This document shows, in pieces, positions 50,230 to 63,890 of a DNA stretch of 64,000 nucleotides (within the stretch, counting starts at the first letter, position 1; every line of letters begins with the position of its first letter). The stretch is taken from the NCBI GenBank assembly GCA_040954595.2, contig CM082576.2, positions 12,217,129 to 12,281,128 of the forward strand, in the 5' to 3' direction. The position numbers were made by a program, and so were the translations under genes. The DNA is from Balanoglossus misakiensis. Lineage: Eukaryota; Animalia; Hemichordata. Below the pieces are notes generated by a model, which saw only the letters and a list, made by a program, of their open reading frames with translations, was not told where the DNA came from and ran no database searches.

Positions 50230-52670
50230 TTATTTTGTATGTTTTTTTATTCACAGGAATATATTTCCAGGAGTATTGGTTATTGCGTATAAATGTTACA
50301 TATAAAGTGCAGTAAAACAGTACAGGTTACAATAACAATAGAATTATTAATATAATTAACAAAATTACCTCCATGGAAAATTTGGAAATAGCAATTCAAA
50401 ATCAATCCCTGAAACTCAAAAGCATTGTGTTGTTAACACATCCCCCTCCTCACAAATGGAATAATCTGATGACACCCAAGGTCAAAGTTCAGAACAAGAA
50501 TTCACCATTTCATTCAAATGGGTAAAATATAGTCAGGATAAATTCAAAAATATTCTGCAACAAATGTGTAACTCTTTATTTTAAACACCAACAAAATATG
50601 AATTCAGTTTTTCCCAGGTTTTAGTATAAAGGTCTAGGAATCCAAAATTGGTAGGTATGGCGACAGTTTCAAATCCTAGCTATACAACTGTCTGACCTAC
50701 ATTCAAAAAATACTAAACACCATAGCTTAGATGGGTCAATATTGTAACATATATATATAGACTGGTTTCTCCATCACCAAAAATATACATACACAGTATT
50801 ATGTAATGAAAGAAATTAAGCTGCATTTTCCTCTCTCTCTTTAGTCTTCTGAAGACGTCCATGATTAACTACTAATTCTCTACATCTACTATATAAACAT
50901 TCAGGGCTACAAAGCTGAAATATTAAAGGATTGTGCACGTAAGTCACAGTTGCTATGGAAACTGTGATGTATATTAGGCAGGTGTTGATGAGATATAACA
51001 AGCAAGACTATAAAAAATAGCAGGACAACTGAGGGAACTGGTATGATTTCAGGAAGGGAGGGCCCCTTAAGACTAAGATATACAGCACCATTGTAGGCTC
51101 CCTAAGACCATGATAACTTGCTGCAACCACAGTCTCTTTTAAAATGGGATTGGGATTGTTCAGACAAACGGGCGACTAAAATGAGTCTACTCTGAACTAT
51201 CTCTGGTTGAAGCGAATGGAATTAGGCTCTTCAACCGCACTGCCGTTATGCAATGGATCACATGACTCCCACACCTGATCACATGACTCCATGCAAATGC
51301 ATCAAACCCAAATCACTATCACTATCTCCCACAAAACCCATTTATACTGCAGCATGGGTTTCTAAGAATGATTTGCAGTTTGTCGAGTGCAACTCTTTCT
51401 ATTAAATGGAAATTTGTCTTTAAAAATAAAGACATATTTTTTTGTTTTCTACCGGCTCTGGAATAACGATCTAAATACGAACTTCAAATCACTGTAGTTC
51501 TCATAAATCTGACAGACTGCACCAACTAAAGTCTTGTCTACTTTAAAGGTTATTGCAAAAATACACAGATTCCTGGATACACAGCAGCACCAAATTCAAT
51601 AATAAATTCATCCAATCCAAATGAAAACATCACATATTTCATTATTTTTTTTTAGTGAAAGTATTAAAGAAATCCAATACAAAAAGCAATCCACACATAT
51701 TTATGGACTTTCCACCACAAAATCAATGACTCCACCTTTAAAACTCCTCTTCTCTTTTTACATTTTATGACCAAATGTTAATGCTGCAAAAAAAAACCTC
51801 TAATATTTTGATCACCACCGTAAAAATGATGGGAAAAATGCATATAGTTGTGAAAGTGACTTTCACCCACCAAAGAGTCCCGTTTAAGTAGATATTTGGT
51901 AAATTGTCACACGAGGTGGGTAAGTATAAATGTTCCTTCCAGACACAGTCACGCCGTCATTATTCGTGCCATGTCGACCGCCACAAAACACCACACATTG
52001 ATAATTCTTTGCCAATTATTTTTGATTTCAACATTTAAAAAAAATATCTAATACACTTTCCCTTCTAAGCTATGCACAAAGCATAGACGTTTACAGAAAA
52101 CAATAAAATTGTCCCCGCTTTCACGGACATAAAAAACAAAAACATCCACCTCTCAAGAGAAAGTAAAATTGAAACCAAGATAATAATACACACGAGGTAT
52201 CTAATACTGATCAAAACATCAAAAAGCAAAAAAGTGGATGAAAATTTCAGATCGACTACACCGGACACACCGCTAATGCTAAATACATGTATTAGATAAT
52301 TATACTGGTGTCAATTAGTGGTAGGCAAGGCTCATAAAGGATAAAATATAGCTCTAATCAAGAACAGGGTTACCCATGATGACTTCAGACTTCTACACGA
52401 CCATTGTCTTTATAGTAAAAATGTCCCTAACATTAAAATATGTCCAAGATAAAGAATAACTGAAATGATTGAAAATGTACAGAGCTACACCAGCACAATC
52501 TGAACAATTCATAGGTTGTAAATAATGATTACATTAACAAGAGCAGCAACAACACACCCACACCATAAATGATTAACAGCGTGCCTTTTTTCTTCTTCAA
52601 ATAAACATACTTCGGGTTCACAACCAGCGGAAAATGAAGATAAAAACAGAGAAAAAAAATATCTTGGCGT
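50230..52670 (-). other. Probable ~2.4 kb 3' UTR of the spectrin gene
   Basis: AT-rich, CpG-poor sequence below the stop codon. AATAAA on minus strand at about 50246-50251, though other AATAAA hexamers also occur in this interval. Confidence 0.5.
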
Positions 52671-55600
52671 TTATTTCTTCTTGTGATGAAACATCGATCC
52701 GAACACTCCCCTCTTCTTTTCTTTGTCTTTCTTCTTTTTCTTGTCTTTGTCCTTCTCCCCGTGTTTGCTCGTGCTGGCCGGCAATGTGGCCGCTTTCTTG
52801 CCGGATTCGGCCGCCGGCGGAATGTACTCGGCTACCAGGGGCTCCTGTTGTTGTTGTTGTTGTTGATCGTTTGTTGGCTGTGCTGCGTCAAGAGACGGTG
52901 GTGCCTGTGAAGGTGCGGGTGCTGGCCGCGGAGGCTCAGCTGGCGGTGCTTGGTGGGGTGCGCTAAAATTATCGTTAGATGAGAGACTAACTGCGATAGG
53001 CTGTGCGGAAGAATCTGCATGGTAAGGTATGGCCGTGGGCGCGCCATCTTCTGGACCTTCAGACCCAGGATGCTGTAAACAAAAACAAAACAGCAGACGG
53101 CAACAGACAGAGAAAGAATGAGAGAGAGAGAAAAAAATCAAGATATCAGTGAGAAAGACAATTTTTTTGCACAGCATTTGTAGATTTACAATAATAAAAA
53201 CAATATATTTGTTAAAAGGGTTAGTAAAATATTTATTGAACCTAAGGAAAGTTGTTCTCTATTAGTGTTTTTATTCACACAGTTTTTTATTCTTACCACC
53301 ACCAGACAGACATACAGGGACGTGGAGTGTGCTTACTTTTACTACATGGTGCAGATTTTATTTTGATGAGAATGTTACCACCACCGATGTTTTTAAGTTA
53401 GTGAATATCATTGTGGAAGGAAGATTTGGATTAATGGCAACCTGGAAAGAGTACCGAGAGAAAAGTTTAAAATGAAGATGGCAGAAGGGGAATCGATAGA
53501 AAAGGACAGAAAAAAAGGGGTGGTATTCGTGTCGGGTGTCTTGTTAATATCGTTGATATTTCACTTGGTTCGGATTAGTGTATGACCCCCTAGGTTGACG
53601 GGAATAACTTAGAGGTCTTCTGTGTATAGGCAATGGTACCTGAGCTGGTTGTCCGTTTTCGACAAACGCCTCAGCCTCGGAGCTAGGTTGGTCGTGAGCG
53701 GTGGGCTGAGGGGTTTCAGGAGGAAGGGGAGAGGGTTCTCGTGCTGCTTCTCCTGCAGAAGATGTTCACCAGGAAAAAAGAAAGGAATAAAAAAACAGAA
53801 ACACGCGTGAAGAGAAACACAAAACAGGCAAAGAAGTGAGGGAGGGAAAAAAAACCTGGAAAGATCCGCAATCCGATGAGAGTTTCCAAAAAAAAACCTG
53901 GGCATTCAGATGATGTGAAAGTGATGACACACAGAGCAAGGCGCTTGGCACCGAAAAAGTCCTAATACATGTACGCTGAAAGACAGGCTTCTTTTGCAGG
54001 CAAACAGAGGAAGAGACTTTGAATGCAGCGTTATTATATTTTTTTTGCAAATGCTTTTTTTTTTTTTGCAAATGCTTAAAGTGATGGCCATGACATTCTT
54101 CTTTACATTTACTCTCTCATACCGTTGTTCTCTGTACATTCATTTTCCATTTAATGGATTCTGTGCAATATTCCACGATTAAACTCTTGAAAAATTTTGA
54201 CAACATGGCAAAATGCAATCCGCGTTCACATTTCAAGGGAGGGGACCCGAGTACCTACCGGGCACGTCTTCTTCCTCGGGAATCTCACCAGCAATTATTT
54301 CAGTTTCCAATAAGTTTGTGGGATAGCCTGAATAGGAATGCCTGACTATGGCGTGCTCTACACTGTCACTATGCTCGGACCCAGTCAGGGATAAATTGTC
54401 ATGAGCTCCGGATCCGCCGCTAAAGTCGGACATGTCTGCCTCGTCGCGGTCGTCCAATTTCCTTTCAAAGCGCGGGCTGGAATTTTGTTTGACCGAGATC
54501 TCGACATCGACATGGGGCGGCGGCAACACCTGGTGGTCGAAGACGCTGCCGTTGCCAACGTCGACGTCATTAGCGGGAGGGAGCAACGGAGGGGGGATCT
54601 CGCCCATGAAGGTGGTCTCTGGTGGTGGGGTTACGGGTAACACGGGCGGTTGCTCCACGGGTAGCGTGGGTGGCGGTGGTAGTTGCGACAGTGGTGGTGG
54701 TGGTGAGGACTCGGCCCGACCATTCTCGTGGGGGGGAGGAGGGGTCTGAGTCGGAGGTGCAGCCACTACGAAGGCGTCGCCACTACCTTTGCCGACCGGC
54801 ACGGGCACGGCCGCAGAAGACTCCACAAACTCTCTCCTGGGAGAATGTCCCGGCGAGTGAGAAGACAGAGAGGAAGAGCCTGAAGTCGGCTGAGAGGATA
54901 TCGAAGCACTCTTGCCAGCGGAACCAATGTCAAGTCCCCGGCTCGGTTCAAAGTCGGTCAGTTGCTTAGAAGGAGGCAAAGCTGCAATGCAAAATAAACG
55001 ACAAAAAAAAAAAACATATACAAGTTCACAACACAAATAACGGGACATTTCACTCGACAAAGAAACGCGTCAAACCTCATCTGAACATTCGCAATCTTCT
55101 CAAGATACTGAACAGTTCAAAGATGTCTTTGTCAATGCAATTCAAGTGTACGGAAATATTGATCAGAATTGACCAAATTGACAAAAATGTCTACCGCAAT
55201 TTCATTTTGGAATTCAGATGAATCTCGATATTCTAAATGAGGTTTAACCGCATTGCAAACTCAGGACTGAACCACTGCACAGCACAGAAGCAAATACTGA
55301 AAATGCCGCATATATAATTACGCGAGGGCGGAAAGAAAATGCCAGACATCTAAAATAAATTATCATTACAAAATACATTAACTATTCTGGACAACGGCAC
55401 CAGATTTTTTCACAAAGACTCACAGGCATGGAAGTTGATCTTGGAAATCCAGTCATTCATGTCTTCTTGAGATTTACATACAAATAAGAACTCTGAACCA
55501 TCACTGGTTCTACAAAGGAAAAGAAGGAGACAATAGGGAGAGAAGAGTGAGTTTTTATATCCTGTAATGAAGTGTACAGTTGGTTTGGAACACATTTTTA

Positions 55601-56661
55601 TAAATTATCACATTAGCGAATTCAGATTTTTCCTGGTCATATAAAAATGCTTCTGCTGCAACTGCTGTCTTCAGTAAGTCATTTCATCACTTGACCAGAT
55701 GTCAAAGGTCATTCAGGGTTAAAGGTCAACCGAGGATCATTGAACTACTCTGGTATCAGGGTATTGTCACTTACATTTGACAACCCTTGGGCAATCCAGA
55801 TATTGCTAAGTTTGTCATTGTGGGTCAGTTCAAGATCAAAAGTCTATTAGGGAGGGAGAGGTCCAATGGCGATTTGGGGGGGGGGGGGGGGGGTGTTTAC
55901 TCACTTGAGCCTGAATACGTGTTTCCTCTTGGTGTAGTCAGTGGCAACAGAACAGTGGGCTTGGTGGAGATTCGCAGGGGGTGCTGCAGCATTGCTCTGT
56001 AACCATGGCAATCAAAGAAGACAAGAGTTTTAGGAACACAACAAGCATCATAGGCAAGACTTTGAAACATGATGGATGCTTGAAAAATCCCTTTAAAATT
56101 TACTTGAAATCTTATGAGATACTTATATAAAGCGAAGTGAACTAGTATGTATGCAACAAAAATCCACATAATGATAAATCTTACCATAGTAAATTCTTTC
56201 CTGTCTTTGAAGAAACATAGCATCTGCCCGACAAGAGCTGCATAAAAGGTTTTCCATGACCTGTGTGTCGACTACAGAAAAAGAGATGGAACTCAATACT
56301 GGGACCAAATGGTGAAATACACATCACTTGTGACTCAAAGGGGGGAAAGTACCAAAACAGTATTATTGTTCATATCACAAGTGCTTACCCGTTTTCCACC
56401 AGCAGCTAGATCCTGTTTCCTTTCCAAAAGTCCCTCCTTTTCCAAGGGTGTAGGTTCTCCAGGCTGAAATCAATGTGGATGATAAAATCAGTGTGGGATT
56501 AAAACTCTAGCCTAGTAAGTTCAGACTGATGTCTGAGTATGTGTATGTCTGTCTGTCTCTCTCCAAGTCTGTCTGTAATTGTGTGTCCGTCTGTCCATCT
56601 GTCCGTCTGTCTGTCTGTATGTATGTATGTATGTATGTATGTATGTATGTATGTATGTATG

Positions 56662-56694
<33 letters not shown>

Positions 56695-59600
56695 GTACCG
56701 TATGTGTCTTCATGTATCAACGTATCTGTCTGTCTGCACATTTATGTACAGGCATTTCAATTCCAGATTATGCTTAAATTAACAGTTTTCCCTGTCATTA
56801 TTTTAATTACTGTTGTGTGTGTGTGTGTGTGTGTGCACGTGCAAGTGAGTGTGTCATGGTGTTTGTGTCAGTGTATACATTGGGTCAATGCAGTTACGGC
56901 AACAAAACTTTGTATTTATTCACAGTTTTGTATTTTATATCAATTTGGTTGTACGGCAAGTAGTGGACTTTCATCCCCCTCTCTAACATGCACTTAGGCC
57001 AGGCACTGCTTTTGAGCACATAAATATAACAGGCTCCTTGTACCAAAACCTTTCACCGAAAATTAAAGCACTGAATGTGAGTATTCATGATGATTACTTC
57101 ATATACATGTTATACAAATGTAATCAGTGTAGGGCAACAAGTAGGAATAACCCACTCATTCAAAAATTGGAAAGGAAACACATGAAAGAGAGAAAGACAG
57201 TCCACACAGAATATACTTAGTACATCAACACTTTGTGTTTTATGATGGGGTGAGATCAGAACACACAGTTTACTACACGTAGTGCAGAATACATTCAGTA
57301 GAGATACCAGAAGAGAACAACAAAAGAGTTTCTCTTCTCCCCTCCCAACCCTAGAAACCCCTAAACTACATGTACGTCTTTGGTCATTGCGCATGGTCTG
57401 CAAAGCCTTACTTTTTGTGTGTGTCAAGGCCGCTTATGGCTTACGTGGTACATGTTCCTTTATAGGCGCGGGCTTTGGGGTGCACTTTGCAGGGCAGCTG
57501 ACGTTGTGAAGGCTAGGCTAGCACTACGTCTACATATGACGAGTTTTCTCGTTTTTTGTTTTTTTACCTGCGTGACGCTATGAGACTCACCATCTTGAAT
57601 TTTTGCGCCTTGGCAGCTTTTTTGCCACCGCCACCGCCACCACCAGCGACACCGACACCCCCGCCACCGGCAGCAGCACCGACAACGGCGAATCTACTGC
57701 CGCCGCTGCTGCCGAAGCGGGTTCGGGTGTTGTCCTCCTTTTTGTGAGCCTTAACCACATGCTTCAGTTTCTTCTGTCGAGAGAGACGTGTGCGATGAAC
57801 ACAGAAGGGCGGGTGTGGAGACGACAGCAGACACACAGAGAGAGAGGGAGAGAGAGATTAAAGAGAAAACAAATGAACAGTACCCGCTGAGAAATGCCAC
57901 CATCACATAACGAAACAGAGTCGTATACAGTCCCTTTTGTGACACATGATAGAACTTGAAACAACATGCAATATATTGTCTAGTAAAGGTGACGTTAAGT
58001 TGGCAAAGGGTAAGATCTGAGGTTTGGTTTGCATAGGTATGATCACAACAAATGATGATGATGATGATGTTAAAGATGAAGTTCACAGAAAAGAGCCGTT
58101 TCCATGCCAATGTCTGTTTTTAACCCTACAGAAAACTAAGCATCACCAGAATACAGGAACCCCTGGTGTTCTACGGGATCCCAGTGGGCACTGAATCTAC
58201 CCAGGCTTTAATCCAGCCAACTTGCAATTGGCAGGCGCAACATTCGATTATATTATTGCTTACCATTACTACCATGCTATGGGAAAGTTTACTGGAATGC
58301 CGTAGGAATGGGTTTTGTTTAACAGCGAGCAATGATAGCTGTAGTGGATGCAGTATGTAGTGGTAAGTCGCATGGGTATCGCTGATATCGACCAGACAGG
58401 GAGGTTTTTTTTAGTCAGGGAGGGCAGAGGTCAGGGGTTAAAACAACTCTAACTCTCTAGGGATGACCTTCCCTGGGTTAGTACCATAACAACTATCTTT
58501 ACATGTGAGGGGTAACCTTTTTAACATTCCATGCATGACTGACTCCTCTAATCCTACCTGCTCCAACTCTTCCTGCAGTTTCCGCTCCATCTCCGCCTGT
58601 CTCTCTTCCCGCTGCCTGGCTTCCTGCTCCTTCCGTTGCCTCTCCTCCTCGATCCGGGCGGCGATCTTCCGCTGCTCCTCTTCCCGCTGCTTCCGGGCCA
58701 TCTCTTCCAGGGCCTGTTTGCGCTCCTGCTCCCGCCGCCTCTCTTCCAGGATCCGGGTCTGTTCCCGCTTCTTGATCTCCGCCAGTCTCTCTTGCTCCTT
58801 CCTTTCTTTTTCCTCCTGTTTGTGCTGCACCTCCACGTCTCTCTGCTTCTGGAAATCCTCTTCCAGCTGAAATGCGCATCATAATACATTTCAGGCACAA
58901 TTGCAGATCCAAACGATGGCAAAATTCTGCCATATGATAACTCCAGAGCACTCAATACCTGCTAGAATTTTATTTCCCTTAATTTCCAAGGCAATCATTT
59001 GAAGTCTATAAAACTGCCTGATATTTTGTTGCAAACATTACACCACAGTGAAATGGTCACGTTCAGGATTATAAATATCATTTCAGTGAAAATTATCCAC
59101 TAACCATTGTCATTCTCTCCAACGCCTTAAACCTGTCTTCCTGGGCTTCGATGGTCTTCTGAAAGTCTTCATGGCTTTTGATCATTTCCTCAATATTGCT
59201 GCCCTCCACCTGAAACACAGAAGTTACTGCATCATGTCTTACATGTACCACACCTAACTAGTCCACACTGCTACTTACCACACCTAACTAGTCTACACTG
59301 CTACTTACCACACATAACTAGTCTAAACTGGTACTTACCTTGTATGATTCATCCCTAACCAATGGTTCTCTGGCTGTCAACCAGGCCTCGGCCATGTCCA
59401 CATCCCGTTTGAAAAGTTGCGTGTCCAGATTCATGTCGTACAGAAGCTTGCGTTGATTCCATGTTTCCAGCAGTGTCTTGAAAGCTGCGTTTAATTTTTG
59501 AACTTTCTCTTTGATCTACAAAAGTATATAAACAAACACCATGAAAGCCTTATTTTTATTGGCTGAACATTTTTGTATCCTGTATCACTGAAGGAACATA

Positions 59601-62600
59601 TTTTGCAATGAATAGTGAACACCAGTGTGAAGGGTCAAAATCTCGAAGTGACCACTTAATTCAATGAAGTCATTTTACCTCATCGGCCAAAAAGTGACCA
59701 TTGTCGATGAGCTGCTGTCCGTTGTGGGTGAATTCATTAATACTGCTTGTCCTGGCATCGATCTCTGCTCTGTGTTCCATGTGTCTGGCTATGAGTGCTT
59801 CAGCTCCGGCCACGTCCTTGGCCAACTCGTCTGCTGTGATCAGAGCCATCATCCCCGACACCCAGGCACTGTCAGTCAAGAAAATAAAAATACGCAACTG
59901 TGAGAAGAAAAGTACTGCAATGGAGAGTGTAAAAACCACTTCGTGTTATTTCATTTATTTTATTCTATCTGTGATCCAACATGTGAAAGCCCAGTTGCAG
60001 ATTGAGGAAGGCACCACTCATAACGAGAAGAGCAATGAGAAGTACAGTGCCTTGAAGAAGGGCACAGCATCGCAGCCGTATGTACATGTAGGTCTGTCTT
60101 GAACTCGCTATCATCTGGTAGTGAGTATGGCCATTGGACTGCAATTCCTTGTATTTTACATGTCCTAACACTGTACACAGTAAACATTACAGAGACAGTC
60201 GACATTTTAAAAAAGTCAACTTCAATATATCGTAAGTGTATCTGTGTTGTAGCTAAAATGTCACTGCAGGGCTTAAAACATTATTTTTTTAAATTTTTAG
60301 ATGAGTGCAACGCAGCACTAACAAGTTCGTATTTTACCTTAATTCTCTATAATTATCGAAGTACGACTGCAGTTGTTCCGATTGGAGCAGTTTATCTTTC
60401 CTCTGGTCTGCCTTCCCGAGAAGTAGATTCCAGGATTGTACAACTTCTTCCCTCTTTCCCATGATTCTGTCGCTGGCCTCCGGATGCACTTCCACAAGTT
60501 GTTCAGCCGTGTTGCAAATTGCTTCCACCTGTTCTCCTAGGGCAGCAAGATCTCTCTGTGAAAAAATGGACAAAAAATCATTCTCATTAAGGACATAGGT
60601 CTGATGTCTATTTCTATAAGAATGGGGATTTTCTGACTTGAACAGGATAAATATTAAAAGTATATCCATAATTAAAATAGATGATTTTGAAAGTTTTTTC
60701 ATCTCTCATTACAAGTTCACTATCTCAAACAACAATTTCTAATTTGGATTCTAAAACCCTTCACAAAAAAATCTAGATTACGATTTGGGGTATGTTGCAT
60801 TTTCCTTTCACCATTAGCAAACACGTGGCAATTTTTTCTCTATAAACTTGACTTCATCTTACCTCAATACCTTCATGTCTCCTCAGAAGAGCATGAACAC
60901 TGACCAGATCGTGGCCAAAGTCCTCACTGGACACTGATGAGCCCTTCTCTACGATCCATGCTCTGGTCTCGTCTGCATCATGGTCAAATTGATGTACCTG
61001 CTTAGCACTCGCAAGGGCCTGGAGGCAAAACACAAGTATGTACATTACAACACAGGTCAGCAATATGTCACTTTAAGATACTTTTTCTCCAGAGTAACAT
61101 TCTAACATTTCATTTGAAAGGGTACGATTAATTGCAGTAAAACCTGTCTAAATCGAACACTGTCCAGTCTGGAAACCCGTCTATACCAAACTCAGTTTTC
61201 ACTCCTTTTCACACAGAACCACATTGTTTAAAGAAACTCTATAAACTGGACACTTCCAGTAACCAAACAATTTTTTTTTCAGTCCCCTTAATGTTAAGTT
61301 TAGACAGGTTTTACTGTATACATGTATCAAGGTCTTAATAAAGAGAATGCAAACTTTTGTGAAAAAATATTGGAAAGTATAACACACCACTGCCCACTTA
61401 AACAGTGATATGGTTATTTTCTGGAGTCTAATCTGAATGGAAACTTGCCTCTATTCTTGTATTGGTCAGTTCTTGCAGCTGCGCCCACTCCTTGTTGACG
61501 TCATCGCACTTGGCGTGGATGTCATCGGCGTTGTTGTGGCCTTCCTGTATCATTGCACTCCCCATCTCGTTCACGGCCGTTATCCTGTCGGCGTTCGAAT
61601 TCAAGTCCTGCGCAAAGTCCTCGAATTTCTTCTGCAGTATCTCCACGTGTTCCAGGTCCTTTCCGTAGTCTTCCGACGACGCGATGCCTTCCTTTTCCTT
61701 CATCCAGCCCTCCACCTCGTCCACTTCCCGGTAGAACTGGTAGAGTTTCCGGTGCTCCATCAGCAGGGCTCGCCTCGTCGTGGACAGCGCGATCAGCTCG
61801 GCGTAGCTTGCTTCGACTTCATTCTGAAAGTTGTGCAAATATACAGGCCATCATGAAACCACTTGTTCAGAAAGATACCACATACTTTCTAAATACTACA
61901 TTTGGATCTGCACAATTGGTACCGAATGAGCCCATGAAATGAAAGTGTGCAAATCTCTGAGATACAAGTCTAATGCAGCAAATCACATCAGCTGTTGCAG
62001 CGCAGTCTGGTTTCGCATACCTGTTTCTGAATGATGTCTTCACTCTCAAAGTGCTCCCGTTCGACAAGGCCGCTGCTCAGTTTCTGGAGGTGGGCAACAG
62101 TGTCTTTGAAACCCTCAAGATCTAGATCTAGGGCTTCCAGTTTCTTCAGGAGTGCCTGGACCGAATCCTCGTCCTTGCCATAGTCGGAGCTCGTCAACAG
62201 AGGGCGCTTTTCTTTCATCCAGGACTGGGCCTCCTGCACTTCTGCGTAGAACTGTTGAGTGAGACAACATTGCACACTCAGACAAATTCAACAAAAATAT
62301 ATTCATTCCTAAGGTTTAAACAGTGAAACTTAGAAACTAAAGTCAACCACCTTCCTTGTGAAATGATTGCCACATTCTGCCATGCCTGACTTTCTTGTAT
62401 TTATTTATGAATTAAATCATCACCATCATCATCATCACCACCACCATCATCATTATTATCATCATCGCATCATCATCTTCATTGCCACCACTACCACTAA
62501 CACCACCATCATCATCACCACCACCACCACAATCATCATCACCGCCATCACCACCACCATCTTCTCCCCAATATACCACATACCATTTGAGATTCCAATG

Positions 62601-63890
62601 CATCCGTCAAGGTCTTCTTCCTGTCCGCGGCCACGTACTTCAACTCATCCAACATCTCCTGCAGTTCAATGCTTTTGCTTTCAATGTTATCACTGGCATA
62701 GTGTTTCTGACTGACCAGGTATTCTCCCCTCTTTGTCACTGATCCAACCAGAGGTTCGTGCGATTTGATCTCTGCCTCCAGTGCCTGTCAACAGCAAATG
62801 ATAAACCATCAGTATTTTGCTTTAAATAGCACACGTAAAATTATTTTAGGATAATGACAAAATGTCTTGATTTTGATCAAAAACAAAAATAATTTAAAAT
62901 AATTGAGAACTTCACTGAGAGCTGAACACTTTATGAAAATACTGGAAGTATTTATGTATACATCTCGGATATAAAATCTGGGAATGTTGGCTATTAAGTC
63001 ATATCCTAAATTTCCTGTACACAACAGACACAAGTCAGTAACAAATAGAAAGATCTAAACAAATCCAGACTGAAATTCACACAACAAAGAATTTAATTAA
63101 AAAAACCTGAAAACTCTGAAATTTCTCACTTGATGCTTCTTCATCAGGGACTGCACAGTATTCAGATTCTGTCCCAGTTCTTTGGAAGTCGCCAGGGGCT
63201 CTTTCTCCCGGATCCACGACACCTCATCTTCCACATCCCTGTAGAACTGATAGAGCGACCGCGCCTCCTCCAGACTGGCCCTCCTCACTTGCATGGGTTT
63301 CTTGAGAGCCAGGTATCGCTTGGTGACTGCGTTGGCCCTCTCCGTCAGCTGGTCGGCCAGGAAGTGGCCGTGCTGCTCGAATTCCTCCGCTTGGGCCTTC
63401 ACTTCGTCTATCCTCGGTTGATAGTTGACCACCTGGCTTTCAAGGTGCTGGTGTTTCTTCAACAGGTAGTTAATACTGGTCAAATCTTTACCCAGGTCCT
63501 CAGACGCTAGTTGTATCTCTACGTCAACCATCCAACTGTCTAAGTCATCAAGGTTACGCTGGAACATCAGAGCCTGCAAGGAAGATGCAACAATTTGTGT
63601 GAACATGACCCCCGTCACAGCAGGAATGGCAATTTTCACCAGGAATTTCATAACGCTTGCCCCACAAACACCAACTTCTGACCACCACAGAGCCCAGGAA
63701 TATCTCAGTGAAGGAAATGTGTCTAAGGAAATGTTGGAGAATTTCAACTCACATGATAAGATTCCTGTAGTCTTTCCTTCTTCTCCGTTGACTTGTCGAC
63801 CAACTGTTCCCACGAATGCTCAAGCTCCGTCAACTTGTGCTGGATTTCTTCCGATGCAAAGTGCTTGTTCGCGATGAGTTGGGATCCCTC
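52671..63890 (-). CDS. SPTBN5: Beta-heavy spectrin (SPTBN5/karst/sma-1-like), 3' portion: spectrin repeats, charged helix, PH domain, Pro-rich tail
   Basis: 19 phase-consistent exons: 63890-63753, 63573-63130, 62784-62584, 62251-62021, 61823-61449, 61018-60863, 60555-60338, 59868-59679, 59515-59339, 59209-59105, 58866-58558, 57773-57591, 56463-56389, 56271-56185, 55996-55905, 55509-55424, 54981-54259, 53752-53640, 53072-52671 (~1434 aa). Repeats such as DYGKDEDSVQALLKK and DELAKDVAGAEALIARH. PH domain EGLLERKQ..RSWKTFY..DYTKRKHVFRL..MNDWISKINFHASLPP. Basic C-terminus. The gene continues beyond the window end. Confidence 0.93.
56540..56690. repeat. Compound (GTCT/GTCC)n-(GTAT)n microsatellite in spectrin intron
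   Basis: Direct reading. Confidence 0.95.
59251..59340. repeat. 30-bp tandem repeat x3 containing the spectrin splice donor
   Basis: CACCTAACTAGTCCACACTGCTACTTACCA and two variants, at 59251, 59281 and 59311. Confidence 0.9.
61135..61316. mobile_element. 182-bp Tc1/mariner-pogo-type MITE in spectrin intron
   Basis: Perfect 18-bp TIRs CAGTAAAACCTGTCTAAA (61135-61152) and TTTAGACAGGTTTTACTG (61299-61316). Flanks are TG and TA, consistent with a TA target duplication carrying one change. CAGT termini. Confidence 0.8.
62418..62560. repeat. Degenerate (CAT/CAC)n microsatellite in spectrin intron
   Basis: Direct reading. Confidence 0.92.
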
